32,000 nt of DNA from Candidatus Saccharimonadota bacterium (GCF_000973505.1 NZ_CP010048.1:390001-422000); one strand, 5' to 3'. Positions 18,584 through 28,216 are shown, numbered from the stretch's first letter. Made by a program: numbers and translations. Notes: generated by a model not told the origin, from the letters alone.

Positions 18584-19444
18584 TCAAGAAATATCTCCAT
18601 TATTCGATATTAATAAATATTTTATTAAATTATCTATGGATTGCATTTGCTTTAAAAAATTCTCTAATTCATCTAATAATAATGCAGATGATCCATCACA
18701 TTTAGCAGATTTGGGATCTGGATGTGCTTCAAGAAATAAACCGGCAATACCCACAGCTATACCAGATCGCGATAATTCATAAATTTTCCCCCCCCGTCCA
18801 CCTGAGACACAACTAAAAGCATTTCTAATTTGCAAGGCATGAGTAACATCAAATATTATCGGACAACCTCCAGATACTGTATTCATTACATTGAAACCAA
18901 GCATATCCACAACTAAATTATCATAACCAAAACTTGTACCTCGATCACATAAAATTATCTTGTCATTTCCATAATTTCTAAATTTATCAACAATATGACT
19001 CATTTGTGTAGGATTAATATATGGAGGCTTTTTAATATTAATTACAGATCCAGTACGCGCCATAGAAATTATAAGATCAGTTTGCCGTGCTAAAAATGCT
19101 GGCAATTGTAAAATATCAACAATACTGGATGCAATATCAGCTTGATTTGATTCATGTATATCTGTAATAATTTTTACCCCAAAAGTTTTTTTTAATTCTT
19201 GAAATAATTTCATTCCCTGATCAAAACCAGGACCACGATAAGAATGAATGGATGAACGATTTGCTTTGTCAAAAGAAGCTTTAAATATATAGGGTATATT
19301 TAATTTTTGAGTTATATTAACATAATGTTCACAAACTTTCATCACTATATCTCGTGATTCTAAAACATTCATCCCCCCAAACAACACAAATGGTAAATTA
19401 TTCGATATTTGAATATCACCAACATTTACAATCAATTGTTTCAT
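18584..19444 (-). CDS. kdsA: 2-dehydro-3-deoxyphosphooctonate aldolase (KDO-8-phosphate synthase)
   Basis: [94 protein letters not shown] are collinear with E. coli KdsA. Confidence 0.95.
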   Translation of the reverse strand: MKQLIVNVGDIQISNNLPFVLFGGMNVLESRDIVMKVCEHYVNITQKLNIPYIFKASFDKANRSSIHSYRGPGFDQGMKLFQELKKTFGVKIITDIHESNQADIASSIVDILQLPAFLARQTDLIISMARTGSVINIKKPPYINPTQMSHIVDKFRNYGNDKIILCDRGTSFGYDNLVVDMLGFNVMNTVSGGCPIIFDVTHALQIRNAFSCVSGGRGGKIYELSRSGIAVGIAGLFLEAHPDPKSAKCDGSSALLLDELENFLKQMQSIDNLIKYLLISNNGDIS

Positions 19445-19630
19445 ATTACACCGAAATCCATAGTTTGACAGTAAACAAATATTGTTTATTTGATCATGAA
19501 ATTATAAAAAAAATTTTTATATTCATGAAAAATTAATTCAATCAATAAAATCATATTGATATATCAATATTTAAATATTGATAATAAAAACCTATTTTTA
19601 AATAAAAATATTGTTTTTTTATGAAAAAAC

Positions 19631-20467
19631 TCAACAAAATTGTCCATATGTAACACGTTCATTATTATTATAATCACGTACTGTAGTAATATCTCTAAAA
19701 CCAGATTGACGAAACAAAAAACGTACATCACATCCTTGTAACCATCCATGTTCTAAAAATAACCACCCTCCTAATTTTAAATATTTAACAGAATTAATAC
19801 AAATATGTGATAAATTAAATAGACCAGAATGTTTTGCTATCAGAGCTGTTTTTGGTTCAAAACGGACATCACCAAATAACAAATGTGGATCGTATTTATC
19901 TATATATGGCGGATTACTAACAATAAGATCATAATTATGCATTTTTAAATTCTGAAACCAATTTCCAAATACAATCGTAACATTGTTCATTTTTAATAAA
20001 TTAACATTTTTCGATGCTAAATAAACAGTTTTTAATATAAAATCAACCCCTGTAATTTTCCAAGTAGGACGTTCTGATGCAATCGCCAAAGCTATGGCAC
20101 CACTACCAGTGCCTAAATCAAGAACATTCAATGAACTTACACATGAAGAAAACTTTAATAATACTTGCTCTACTAAACACTCAGTATCACTCCGCGGAAT
20201 AAATATTCCTGATGATATTTTGAAATTTAATGACCAAAATGAATGTTCACCAGTTAAATAAGCAATGGGTTCACCACGTATTCTACGTGCTAATAATTTA
20301 TTTGCTCGCTTTTCTTGATATTTAGTAAGTGTTTTGTCACCAAAACCTAAAAAATACACACTAGACTTCCCAGTGATCTTTTCTAAAATACACTCTGCAT
20401 CACGTTTCGCAGTTTTAAAAATACACAAACGTGAAATTGCTTGACTTAACCAGTTTTTAACATTCAT
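19631..20467 (-). CDS. prmC: Release-factor glutamine N5-methyltransferase PrmC (HemK)
   Basis: GEPIAYLTGE..FWSL, IPR.DTECLVEQ, the SAM motif LDLGTGSGAIALA.ASERP, the catalytic motif VSNPPYI, GDVRFEP..AL, LEHGW and RDY..NERVT match PrmC. It lies immediately downstream of prfA. Confidence 0.93.
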   Translation of the reverse strand: MNVKNWLSQAISRLCIFKTAKRDAECILEKITGKSSVYFLGFGDKTLTKYQEKRANKLLARRIRGEPIAYLTGEHSFWSLNFKISSGIFIPRSDTECLVEQVLLKFSSCVSSLNVLDLGTGSGAIALAIASERPTWKITGVDFILKTVYLASKNVNLLKMNNVTIVFGNWFQNLKMHNYDLIVSNPPYIDKYDPHLLFGDVRFEPKTALIAKHSGLFNLSHICINSVKYLKLGGWLFLEHGWLQGCDVRFLFRQSGFRDITTVRDYNNNERVTYGQFC

Positions 20468-20488
20468 TTTGAATTATCTGATAAGAAA

Positions 20489-21544
20489 CTAATTAAAATT
20501 ATATTTTTCTGTAAGAGGTTTTATTAAAATATCCAAATTTCCTTCCATAACTTCATTTAAGCAATACACTGTTAAACCAATTCGGTGATCAGTGATACGA
20601 TTTTGATGAAAATTATATGTGCGAATTCTGTCAGATCTGTCACCAGTACCTAATAAATTACGTCGGGTAATTGATGATTGTTCTTGTTTACGTTTGGATT
20701 CAACTGCAGATAAACGGGCACGTAAAATTTCTAATGCTTTAGCTTTATTTTTATGTTGTGATCGACCATCTTGACACGCTACCACAATTCCTGTGGGAAG
20801 ATGAGTAACACGAATCGCTGAATCAGTGGTATTAACATGTTGTCCACCAGCACCAGACGAACGAAAAGTATCAATCCGTAAATCACCCATATTTATCATC
20901 GGTAACTCTTTATTACACAACTCTGGAATAACAGCTACTGTACAAGAAGATGTATGTATCCTACCCTGTGATTCAGTACAAGGAATTCTTTGCACTCGAT
21001 GTCCTCCTGATTCAAATTGTAATTTTTTATAAGCGTGATCATAAAATTTTATAATAATCTCTTTGTAGCCTCCCTGTTCCCCGTGAGTACTATGAATAAT
21101 TTCCATTTTCCACCGGGACTTTTCAGCATATCGCACATACATGCGAACAAGCTCCCCCGCAAACAAAGCTGCTTCATGTCCCCCGGTTCCAGCCCTTATT
21201 TCGCAAAAACATCCTTTTATATCGTTGTTGATAATTTTAGACTCAAGTAAAAAACTCAATTTTTTTTCAAGTGACAAACGATCAATATTTAATTTTTTTA
21301 TATCATCTTGAGCAAGATTATATATTTCTGAATCTTCTAAAATAGACTGTAAAGAAACAATGTTTTTTTTAATTGCCATCCACCGTCGAAAATATATTAT
21401 GAGATTACTTAATTGACCATATTCTTTAAATAAGGCTCGAAATTTCTTTTGATCATGTAACATGTTTGGATCATTAAGCAAAATTTCCAAATTTTTATAA
21501 CGTATATTTAATGTTTCTAATTTAGCAAGTGTAGAAGATTTCAT
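20489..21544 (-). CDS. prfA: Peptide chain release factor 1
   Basis: The ORF carries the GGQ motif ([22 protein letters not shown]), [15 protein letters not shown] (the PxT tripeptide is PCT here) and GTGDRS.RIRTYNF.Q.R.TDHRI.LT. It is 351 aa. Confidence 0.95.
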   Translation of the reverse strand: MKSSTLAKLETLNIRYKNLEILLNDPNMLHDQKKFRALFKEYGQLSNLIIYFRRWMAIKKNIVSLQSILEDSEIYNLAQDDIKKLNIDRLSLEKKLSFLLESKIINNDIKGCFCEIRAGTGGHEAALFAGELVRMYVRYAEKSRWKMEIIHSTHGEQGGYKEIIIKFYDHAYKKLQFESGGHRVQRIPCTESQGRIHTSSCTVAVIPELCNKELPMINMGDLRIDTFRSSGAGGQHVNTTDSAIRVTHLPTGIVVACQDGRSQHKNKAKALEILRARLSAVESKRKQEQSSITRRNLLGTGDRSDRIRTYNFHQNRITDHRIGLTVYCLNEVMEGNLDILIKPLTEKYNFN

Positions 21545-21739
21545 AAATTAACTATTTTTACATCAAAATATGGCATTTTTAGATTAACATACTTTAAATA
21601 ACATGCCAAATATTACATATGATTTTAATTTTAATTAAATCAATTTGTCATTAAATAGAAACAACATATAAATATAAAATAATCTAAAATACATTTACAG
21701 TTAATACTTACTTGATTAAAAATGATTAATAATGTAAGT

Positions 21740-21769
21740 TTGTTAAATTCATTAAATTTATGGTATAAT
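21740..21769 (+). promoter_or_regulatory. Candidate sigma70 promoter of the suf operon: TTGTTA, 18-nt spacer, TATAAT, with an extended -10 TG
   Basis: The -35 TTGTTA is at 21740-21745. TGg at 21761-21763 is followed by a consensus TATAAT at 21764-21769. The site is 50-85 nt upstream of the candidate sufA starts. AT-rich DNA produces chance -10 matches, so this is not proof. Confidence 0.45.
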
Positions 21770-21854
21770 CAAATTAAGTGATTTGTATTACAAAAGTACT
21801 AAATTAGTATATCACATAATGGAAGTAGAAAAATATTTTTATTTGGGTATCCTC

Positions 21855-22253
21855 ATGCGCAATGATATTAAAAAAATCACTTCAAAACAACACTTTAATT
21901 ATCTAACTCAAAAAAACAAATACAAATTAATTTTAACCAATGAAGCTGCTATACATATTCAACAACTAATATCTAATGATGTTAATATGATCGGTTTACG
22001 TATTAGTATTAAAAAATCTGGATGTGCCGGTTTTAGTTATATATTTGATAAAGTAATGCAAAAAGATATTAATTGTACCGACTTAATATTTGAATATGAA
22101 AATGGAGCTAAAATATTTATTCCACACGCTACGATTCCATTTATGAATGGAAGCGAATTAGATTATATTAAAGAGGGTTTATGTTCTACATTTAAATTTA
22201 AAAACCCCAAAGCACGCTATTTATGTGGGTGTGGTGAAAGCTTTACTATTTAG
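21855..22253 (+). CDS. sufA: Fe-S cluster A-type carrier SufA. The start at the ATG at 21855 is chosen by length comparison; in-frame alternatives lie at 21819 and 21783.
   Basis: LT.EAAIHI..L, SGCAGFSY, GS.LDY..EGL...F.F.NPKA...CGCGESF match the E. coli SufA/IscA family, including the three conserved Cys. It is the first gene of sufABCDSE. Confidence 0.9.
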   Translation: MRNDIKKITSKQHFNYLTQKNKYKLILTNEAAIHIQQLISNDVNMIGLRISIKKSGCAGFSYIFDKVMQKDINCTDLIFEYENGAKIFIPHATIPFMNGSELDYIKEGLCSTFKFKNPKARYLCGCGESFTI

Positions 22254-22342
22254 TTGATTTCATACAAGAAACTTGTTTCATAGTTTTAGAATATTTTTAA
22301 ATTATGAAATAACATTTTAAAATACAACAATGAAAAAAAATC

Positions 22343-23809
22343 ATGACATTTATAAAGATTTATAAAGAAGGTTTCGTTACCGTATTAAATACTGAAACAT
22401 TCCCTTTAGGAATTAATGAAAATATCATTCACGCTATTTCGAAAAAACGTAATGAACCAAAATGGATGCTAAATTTCCGATTAAAAGCATACCGTACATG
22501 GATAAAAATGAAAGAACCTCATTGGCTTAAAGGAAATTATCCAACATTAAATTATAATGAATATAGTTACTATTCTGCTCCATGTTCCTCTTTGAACTCA
22601 GAAAATTCAAGTAAAACATATAAAAATAATGAACATACTATCAAAAATAAACAAAAATCAAATAAAAAAAATTATTTGACTAAAGAAGTTAAAGAAACAT
22701 TTCAACAGTTAAAAATACCTATCTATGAAAATAGTGGTATAGCAATAGATGCAATTTTTGATTCAGTATCTGTTACCACAACTTACCGTTCCGAATTAAA
22801 ACAATTAGGAATAATTTTTTGTTCGTTTAATGAAGCAATTCACGAACATCCAGAATTGATACAAAAATATTTAGGAAGTGTCGTACCTATTAATGATAAT
22901 TTTTTCGCGGCTTTAAATTCTGCAGTCGTATCCGATGGAACATTTATTTACATTCCTAAAAACATACGGTGCCCAATTGAACTTTCTACATACTTTCGTA
23001 TTAATGCTGAAAAGACAGGACAATTTGAACGTACGATACTAATCGCTGATGAAGGAAGTTACGTTAGTTATATTGAAGGATGTTCTGCACCAATTAGAAA
23101 CAGCTATCAATTGCATGCTGCAGTAGTTGAAGTTATTGTTCTGCAAAATGCACACGTCAAATATTCCACAATACAAAATTGGTTTTCTGGTAATAAAAAT
23201 TCTGGAGGTATTTTGAATTTTGTTACTAAACGCGCACTATGTTTGGGCACAAATTCTAAAATGTCTTGGACACAATCTGAATCTGGTTCTGCCATTACTT
23301 GGAAATACCCCAGCGTTATTTTAAAAGGCAATTATTCTATAGGAGAATTTTTTTCAGTTGCTATTACAAAAAATTGTCAACAAGCAGACACAGGAACAAA
23401 AATGATCCACATTGGGAAAAATACCCGATCGACTATTATTTCCAAAGGAATTTCAAGTGGAAAAAGCGAAAATACTTACCGTGGATTAGTAAAAATATTA
23501 CCTAATGCTAATCACTCAAGAAATTTCACGCAATGCGACTCCATGTTAATTGGCAATAAATGTGGTGCACACACATTCCCATATATTAAAGTACATAATC
23601 ATACTTCTCAAGTAGAACATGAAGCTACCACTTCACGCATTAATGAAGAACAGTTATTTTACTGCCAACAACGTGGAATCAATGAAGATAATGCAATTTC
23701 TATGATTATCAATGGATTTTGTAAAGATGTACTTTCTAAATTACCTTTAGAATTTGCTATAGAAGCAGAAAAATTATTAACTATCAACTTGGAACATAGT
23801 ATTGGTTAA
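22343..23809 (+). CDS. sufB: Fe-S cluster assembly scaffold protein SufB
   Basis: [120 protein letters not shown] and LEFA.EA.KLL are collinear with E. coli SufB. Confidence 0.96.
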   Translation: MTFIKIYKEGFVTVLNTETFPLGINENIIHAISKKRNEPKWMLNFRLKAYRTWIKMKEPHWLKGNYPTLNYNEYSYYSAPCSSLNSENSSKTYKNNEHTIKNKQKSNKKNYLTKEVKETFQQLKIPIYENSGIAIDAIFDSVSVTTTYRSELKQLGIIFCSFNEAIHEHPELIQKYLGSVVPINDNFFAALNSAVVSDGTFIYIPKNIRCPIELSTYFRINAEKTGQFERTILIADEGSYVSYIEGCSAPIRNSYQLHAAVVEVIVLQNAHVKYSTIQNWFSGNKNSGGILNFVTKRALCLGTNSKMSWTQSESGSAITWKYPSVILKGNYSIGEFFSVAITKNCQQADTGTKMIHIGKNTRSTIISKGISSGKSENTYRGLVKILPNANHSRNFTQCDSMLIGNKCGAHTFPYIKVHNHTSQVEHEATTSRINEEQLFYCQQRGINEDNAISMIINGFCKDVLSKLPLEFAIEAEKLLTINLEHSIG

Positions 23810-23912
23810 ATATGTGCAATTATTAATATAAATACGATGGACAACATACAAAAATAATACAATTAACAAAGAATGAAATTATTTAATTATTCAACTAGTT
23901 AAAGAGAAACAT

Positions 23913-24650
23913 ATGCTGTTGATCAAAAATTTAAAAGTAAATGTCGATAATATAAACATTCTTAATGGCGTAAATTTGCAAATTCAATCTGGTGAAACAC
24001 ATGTTATCATGGGACCAAATGGAGCAGGAAAAAGCACTTTAGCAGCAACACTTGCCGGTCGTAAAGATTGCATTGTAACCTCAGGATCTATTTTTTTTAA
24101 AAACAAAGATCTACTTCTTTTAGAACCAAATGAACGTGCCGGAGCGGGAATTTTTTTGGCATTCCAACATCCTGTTGAAATTGCAGGAATCAAAAATCAA
24201 TTTTTTTTACAAACTGCTATAAATGCAGTAAGAAAATATCGTAACCAACCAATCTTAGAACGATTTGATGCCAACGATTTTATAAAATCAAAATTAAAAC
24301 TTTTAAAAATGCCTGTTGATTTTTTAAATCGTTCAATTAATGTTGGATTTTCAGGAGGAGAAAAAAAACGTAACGATATTCTACAGATGGCCGTATTAGA
24401 ACCATCATTATGCATTTTAGACGAAACAGATTCTGGGTTAGACATTGATGCGCTTAAAATCGTTTCTAATGGAATTAACACACTAAAAAACTCCACACGA
24501 TCGTTTATTATTATTACACATTATCAAAGAATATTAGAACATATTAAACCTAATTTTGTACATATTTTATATCAAGGATGCATTATAAAATCAGGAGATA
24601 TATCTTTAGCTAAAAAACTCGAGGAAAAAGGTTATGGATGGCTCGCCTAA
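23913..24650 (+). CDS. sufC: Fe-S cluster assembly ATPase SufC
   Basis: The ORF has Walker A (GPNGAGKST), the ABC signature (FSGGEKKRN), Walker B (LCILDETDSGLDIDAL) and an H-loop (IITHYQRIL). It lies between sufB and sufD. Confidence 0.95.
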   Translation: MLLIKNLKVNVDNINILNGVNLQIQSGETHVIMGPNGAGKSTLAATLAGRKDCIVTSGSIFFKNKDLLLLEPNERAGAGIFLAFQHPVEIAGIKNQFFLQTAINAVRKYRNQPILERFDANDFIKSKLKLLKMPVDFLNRSINVGFSGGEKKRNDILQMAVLEPSLCILDETDSGLDIDALKIVSNGINTLKNSTRSFIIITHYQRILEHIKPNFVHILYQGCIIKSGDISLAKKLEEKGYGWLA

Positions 24651-25959
24651 TTACATTGACAATAATATAATAAATAGATGGTACCATTTATTTAAAGAAC
24701 AAAACAAAATTCATTCTAACCAAAAATATCAGTATTGGGAAAAAGTCCAGAAATACGGATTAACCAATCAAAATAATGAAAAATGGAAATATATCCCACT
24801 GCATAAACTACTTGCTAACAATTTTATTAATGCGAACAAAAACTGTCCAATAAACACCACTATTCGAGATAACATCAATTTAAATAAACCAGCATATCAA
24901 CTAGTATTTATCAACGGTTTTTTTTCCCAAGAATTAAGCACTCAAGATACTGGGCCATGGAAAATAAAAATAATAAATAGAAATATGCACCAACTCCTAC
25001 CACAACCAATCCAACCGGAAATATTTTTATATTTAACTGAATGTTTAAGTTATGAAACTACATATATTTCTCTTCCTAATAACACGACAGCAAAAATTCC
25101 ACTATATTTATTACATATTAATCAAGGATCTAATGATAACAATATATTAATGAATATCCATTACAGACATCATGTTAAAATACACAAAAATTCTCATGGT
25201 GAAATTGTTGAACATTTCGCTAGTGCAAATACAAATAGTCATTTTACTGGTGCACGTACATCTATTATAGTTGATTCTAACGCACGCATAGAACATACAA
25301 AACTATCTTTTGAAAATCGTGCTAGTTATCACATCTCTCATAATGATATACATATACACTGTAATTCTATCGTTCAAAGCAATGTATTTAATATTTATGG
25401 AAACCATTTCCATCAACATCAAACCAGTACAATATTACACGATAAATATGCTGCTGTATCACTTAACAGTCTATTATTACCTTTAGACGAGGACATTCTT
25501 GATATGTCTACCTATGTAAAACATAACACACCAGGATATAATTCAAGCAAGCAAATACACAAAATTATTTCAGGTAATCAAGGACAAGGTATATTTAGAG
25601 GATTAATTACAGTAGATAAAGAAGCTATTAAAATTAATGGAAATATGCTTAGCAAAAATTTATTATTACATCCATTCTCTAAAATTTATTCTATGCCACA
25701 ACTTGAAATTTATGCTGACGATGTCAAATGCTCTCATGGAGCAACGATTGGGCACATCAATCATGAAGAAATATTCTATTTATGTACACGAGGGATTCCA
25801 TATCAACAAGCATGCCAAATAATTGTATACGCTTTTGCATTAGAAATTATAGATACTATTAATGATAATGAGATTCAAAAAAATATTTCTACACGTATTA
25901 TTAATATTTTAACAAGGATATTTCAAAATGGTATATCCCATAAAAAAAATTCGGTCTGA
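24634..25959 (+). CDS. sufD: Fe-S cluster assembly protein SufD. Its start overlaps the sufC end by 17 nt.
   Basis: The N-terminus MDGSPNY...RWYHLF resembles E. coli MAGLPNS..QQWHHLF. NEKWKYIPL, HFTGAR and PQLEIYADDVKCSHGATIG.I..E.IFYL..RGI......I.YAF follow. Confidence 0.92.
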   Translation: MDGSPNYIDNNIINRWYHLFKEQNKIHSNQKYQYWEKVQKYGLTNQNNEKWKYIPLHKLLANNFINANKNCPINTTIRDNINLNKPAYQLVFINGFFSQELSTQDTGPWKIKIINRNMHQLLPQPIQPEIFLYLTECLSYETTYISLPNNTTAKIPLYLLHINQGSNDNNILMNIHYRHHVKIHKNSHGEIVEHFASANTNSHFTGARTSIIVDSNARIEHTKLSFENRASYHISHNDIHIHCNSIVQSNVFNIYGNHFHQHQTSTILHDKYAAVSLNSLLLPLDEDILDMSTYVKHNTPGYNSSKQIHKIISGNQGQGIFRGLITVDKEAIKINGNMLSKNLLLHPFSKIYSMPQLEIYADDVKCSHGATIGHINHEEIFYLCTRGIPYQQACQIIVYAFALEIIDTINDNEIQKNISTRIINILTRIFQNGISHKKNSV

Positions 25960-27175
25960 ATTTCCAATATTGAAAACAAAAATTAATCACAAGCCATTAA
26001 TTTATCTTGATAATGCTGCTAGTACACAAAAACCCAATGTAGTAATTAATTACCAAAGCCAATTTTATCAACAAAAATATTCGGCTGTACATAGAGGGGT
26101 TCACACATTAGCTAACTTGGCAACACAAGAAATGGAAGAAGTTCGAATGTATGTAGCAAGTTTTATTAATGCATCATCTTCAGATGAAATAATTTTTACT
26201 AAAGGAACTACTGAAAGTATCAATTTAGTAGCAAACACTTGGGGCCATCAATATTTAGAAGAGGGAGACAATATTATAATCACTGAAATGGAACATCATT
26301 CAAATATTGTCCCTTGGCAAATGCTTGCAAAAAATAAAAACATCACATTACGAATAATACCATTATTACCAAATGGTACATTAAATCTTAATATGTTAAA
26401 TGACTTAATTGATAACCATACAAAATTATTATCAATTACTCATGTCTCTAATGTATTGGGCACACTAAACCCATTAAAAGATATTATCAATAATATTCGA
26501 ACAATTAGGAGTTCTATCATTGTATTAGTTGATGGAGCACAAGCTATTGTGCATGAAAAAATAGATGTACAACTCCTAGATTGTGATTTTTATGTTTTTT
26601 CTGGTCATAAAATGTATGGGCCATCGGGAATAGGTATATTATATGGAAAAAAATCTATACTGCAAATTATGTCTCCATGGGAAGTCGGGGGAGGTATGAT
26701 TCAAAAAGTAAATCTTAATACAGATACAACATTTCTCGCACCACCTTGGCGATTTGAAGCAGGATCACCCAACATTAATGGAATAGCTGGATTAGGGGCA
26801 GCTATTAGATACATCAATAATATAGGATTAGATCAAATAAAACTATATGAAAAAAATATTATGCAATATGCAGTAGAATCTCTACAAAAAATAAAAAATA
26901 TAACAATTTATGGTCCTAAAGAAGATCGCATATCAGTTGTTTCCTTTAATATTAATAAATATCATGCTTATGATATTGGGTTATTTTTAGATCAAAATGG
27001 TATTGCTATTAGAACTGGACACCATTGTGCAATGCCAGTTATGAATTATTTTAATGTTTCTACTATGTGTCGAATATCATTAGCTATATATACTAATAAA
27101 GAAGAAATTGATCAATTAATTCATGGTATAATGAAAATTAGCCACCTACTCAAACATCGCGTAAATAACAATTAA
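25928..27175 (+). CDS. sufS: Cysteine desulfurase SufS (group II, PLP-dependent). Its start overlaps the sufD end by 32 nt.
   Basis: IR.EFPIL, YLD.AAS.QKP, AVHRG.HTL, MEHH.NIVPWQML, ITHVSNVLGT.NPL, VDGAQA..H, the PLP-Lys context FYVFSGHK.YGP.GIGILY, WRFEAG.PN and the catalytic Cys context RTGHHCAMP match SufS. Confidence 0.96.
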   Translation: MVYPIKKIRSEFPILKTKINHKPLIYLDNAASTQKPNVVINYQSQFYQQKYSAVHRGVHTLANLATQEMEEVRMYVASFINASSSDEIIFTKGTTESINLVANTWGHQYLEEGDNIIITEMEHHSNIVPWQMLAKNKNITLRIIPLLPNGTLNLNMLNDLIDNHTKLLSITHVSNVLGTLNPLKDIINNIRTIRSSIIVLVDGAQAIVHEKIDVQLLDCDFYVFSGHKMYGPSGIGILYGKKSILQIMSPWEVGGGMIQKVNLNTDTTFLAPPWRFEAGSPNINGIAGLGAAIRYINNIGLDQIKLYEKNIMQYAVESLQKIKNITIYGPKEDRISVVSFNINKYHAYDIGLFLDQNGIAIRTGHHCAMPVMNYFNVSTMCRISLAIYTNKEEIDQLIHGIMKISHLLKHRVNNN

Positions 27176-27185
27176 AACCACCTTT

Positions 27186-27635
27186 ATGAATAATATAGTG
27201 AATTTACCAACCCAAAATATTGTATTACGTAACTTTCATAATTGTATTAACTGGGAAGAAAAATATTTGTATATTATTGAACTTGGAAACTATTTATCAT
27301 CGATTCCCCAATCGATGAAATCAGAAAAAAACTTAATTCCAGGATGTCAAAGCAAAGTTTGGTTTATCATGAAAATAACAAACATAAAAAACGGAAAAAA
27401 TATTGTGAGATTCTATGGTGACAGTGAATCCGCTATAACAAAAGGAATTTTGTGTATAATATTTATTATGTATCAAGGATTAACAATAGAAGAAATTATC
27501 TATTTTGATCCATACCATTTTCTAAATCAATTAGAATTAACTGAACATTTAACGTATTCTCGATCGCAAGGGGTAAGATCAATATTGCAAACTATTTATA
27601 ATCACGCCAGAAAACTATCCACAATTTCCCATTAA
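27186..27635 (+). CDS. sufE: Cysteine desulfuration (sulfur acceptor) protein SufE
   Basis: LRNF..C.NWEEKYLYIIELG, the acceptor Cys context PGCQSKVW, GDS.SAI.KG, and LT.HLT.SRSQG are collinear with E. coli SufE. Confidence 0.93.
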   Translation: MNNIVNLPTQNIVLRNFHNCINWEEKYLYIIELGNYLSSIPQSMKSEKNLIPGCQSKVWFIMKITNIKNGKNIVRFYGDSESAITKGILCIIFIMYQGLTIEEIIYFDPYHFLNQLELTEHLTYSRSQGVRSILQTIYNHARKLSTISH

Positions 27636-27642
27636 ACAAGCA

Positions 27643-27691
27643 GACAGAATGGTGTACATACAAAGTATGTACACCATTCTGTCATAAGTTT
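27643..27691. terminator. Probable bidirectional intrinsic terminator between the convergent sufE and lpp genes: a perfect 19-bp stem with a 3-nt loop, followed by TTTT on the + strand
   Basis: GACAGAATGGTGTACATAC (27643-27661), loop AAA, then GTATGTACACCATTCTGTC (27665-27683) are exact reverse complements. The stem is about 42% GC in a far more AT-rich context. It starts 8 nt after the sufE stop and ends 43 nt after the lpp stop. T-rich stretches follow on both strands (ATAAGTTTTAC / TGCTTGTTTAAT). Confidence 0.7.
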
Positions 27692-27725
27692 TACAATAAA
27701 AAAACAAAAAATGGTCAATAATTGT

Positions 27726-27962
27726 TTATTTACGATATGAAGAAACTTGATTATCAAGTCGCTGATTTGCCCGAATAGCATCATCCTTAGCAATTTGTAC
27801 TTCAGGCCGCAATGCACTTACATCATTGGTCACTTGATCCATCTTAGCATTTAATGTTTGTACATCAGAAGAAAGTTGTTCAACTACATTTCTCGTGCTG
27901 CATGCAGATAAACATACCGAACCAAAACAAACAACATATAATATTAACTTGCATGTATTCAT
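27726..27962 (-). CDS. lpp: Major outer-membrane (Braun) lipoprotein Lpp, 78 aa, starting at the ATG at 27962
   Basis: The lipobox is LSAC. The mature part ...[42 protein letters not shown]....YRK is nearly identical to E. coli Lpp, including the C-terminal Lys. TAAGGA lies 8 nt upstream of the ATG. Confidence 0.95.
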   Translation of the reverse strand: MNTCKLILYVVCFGSVCLSACSTRNVVEQLSSDVQTLNAKMDQVTNDVSALRPEVQIAKDDAIRANQRLDNQVSSYRK

Positions 27963-28095
27963 TAACAATATCCTTATTTATTTTTTATATAATTTAGTTG
28001 TGTACAACTAATATTTTTTAATTAAAATTATTTTTTTAAAAAAACAAAAATAAGCATCTCCATTATAATAATTACACTACTAACACAACCTTTCA

Positions 28096-28169
28096 TGCGT
28101 TCTAATGGATTTGAACCATTGACCTCTACCATGTCATAGTAGCGCTCTAACCATCTGAGCTAAGAACGC
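28096..28169 (-). tRNA. valV: tRNA-Val, anticodon GAC, 74 nt, with no encoded CCA
   Basis: The minus strand reads GCGTTCT TA GCTC AGATGGTTA GAGC G CTACT ATGACAT GGTAG AGGTC AATGG TTCAAAT CCATT AGAACGC A. It folds as a full cloverleaf: a 7-bp acceptor stem, a 4-bp D stem, a 5-bp anticodon stem (one G-U pair) and a 5-bp T stem with a TTCAAAT loop. It is close to recalled E. coli tRNA-Val(GAC), and it forms a GC island in AT-rich DNA. Confidence 0.93.
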
Positions 28170-28187
28170 ATACATAAAACGAATTTT

Positions 28188-28216
28188 ATTATAACCAATT
28201 GTTAGTACATGGTCAA
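28188..28216 (-). promoter_or_regulatory. Near-consensus sigma70 promoter for tRNA-Val: TTGACC, 17-nt spacer, TATAAT
   Basis: On the minus strand TTGACC is at 28216-28211, followed by a 17-nt spacer and TATAAT at 28193-28188. The -10 ends 18 nt upstream of the mature tRNA 5' end, implying a leader of about 10-11 nt for RNase P. Confidence 0.6.

Noticed and set aside
21700-21739. A Fur-box-like AT-rich sequence (tgattaaaaatgattaataatg) just upstream of the candidate suf promoter
   Set aside because: It shares only partial identity with the GATAATGATAATCATTATC consensus. Such words are common in this composition, and there is no evidence in the window that fur is retained.
22330-22365. An upstream 11-codon ORF ([11 protein letters not shown]) containing an A8 tract and overlapping the sufB start in another frame. 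It could be a second slippage site.
   Set aside because: The sufB ATG at 22343 already gives a protein that aligns from E. coli residue ~20. The extension that slippage would add (MKKI) has no homology. An A8 tract is not exceptional here.
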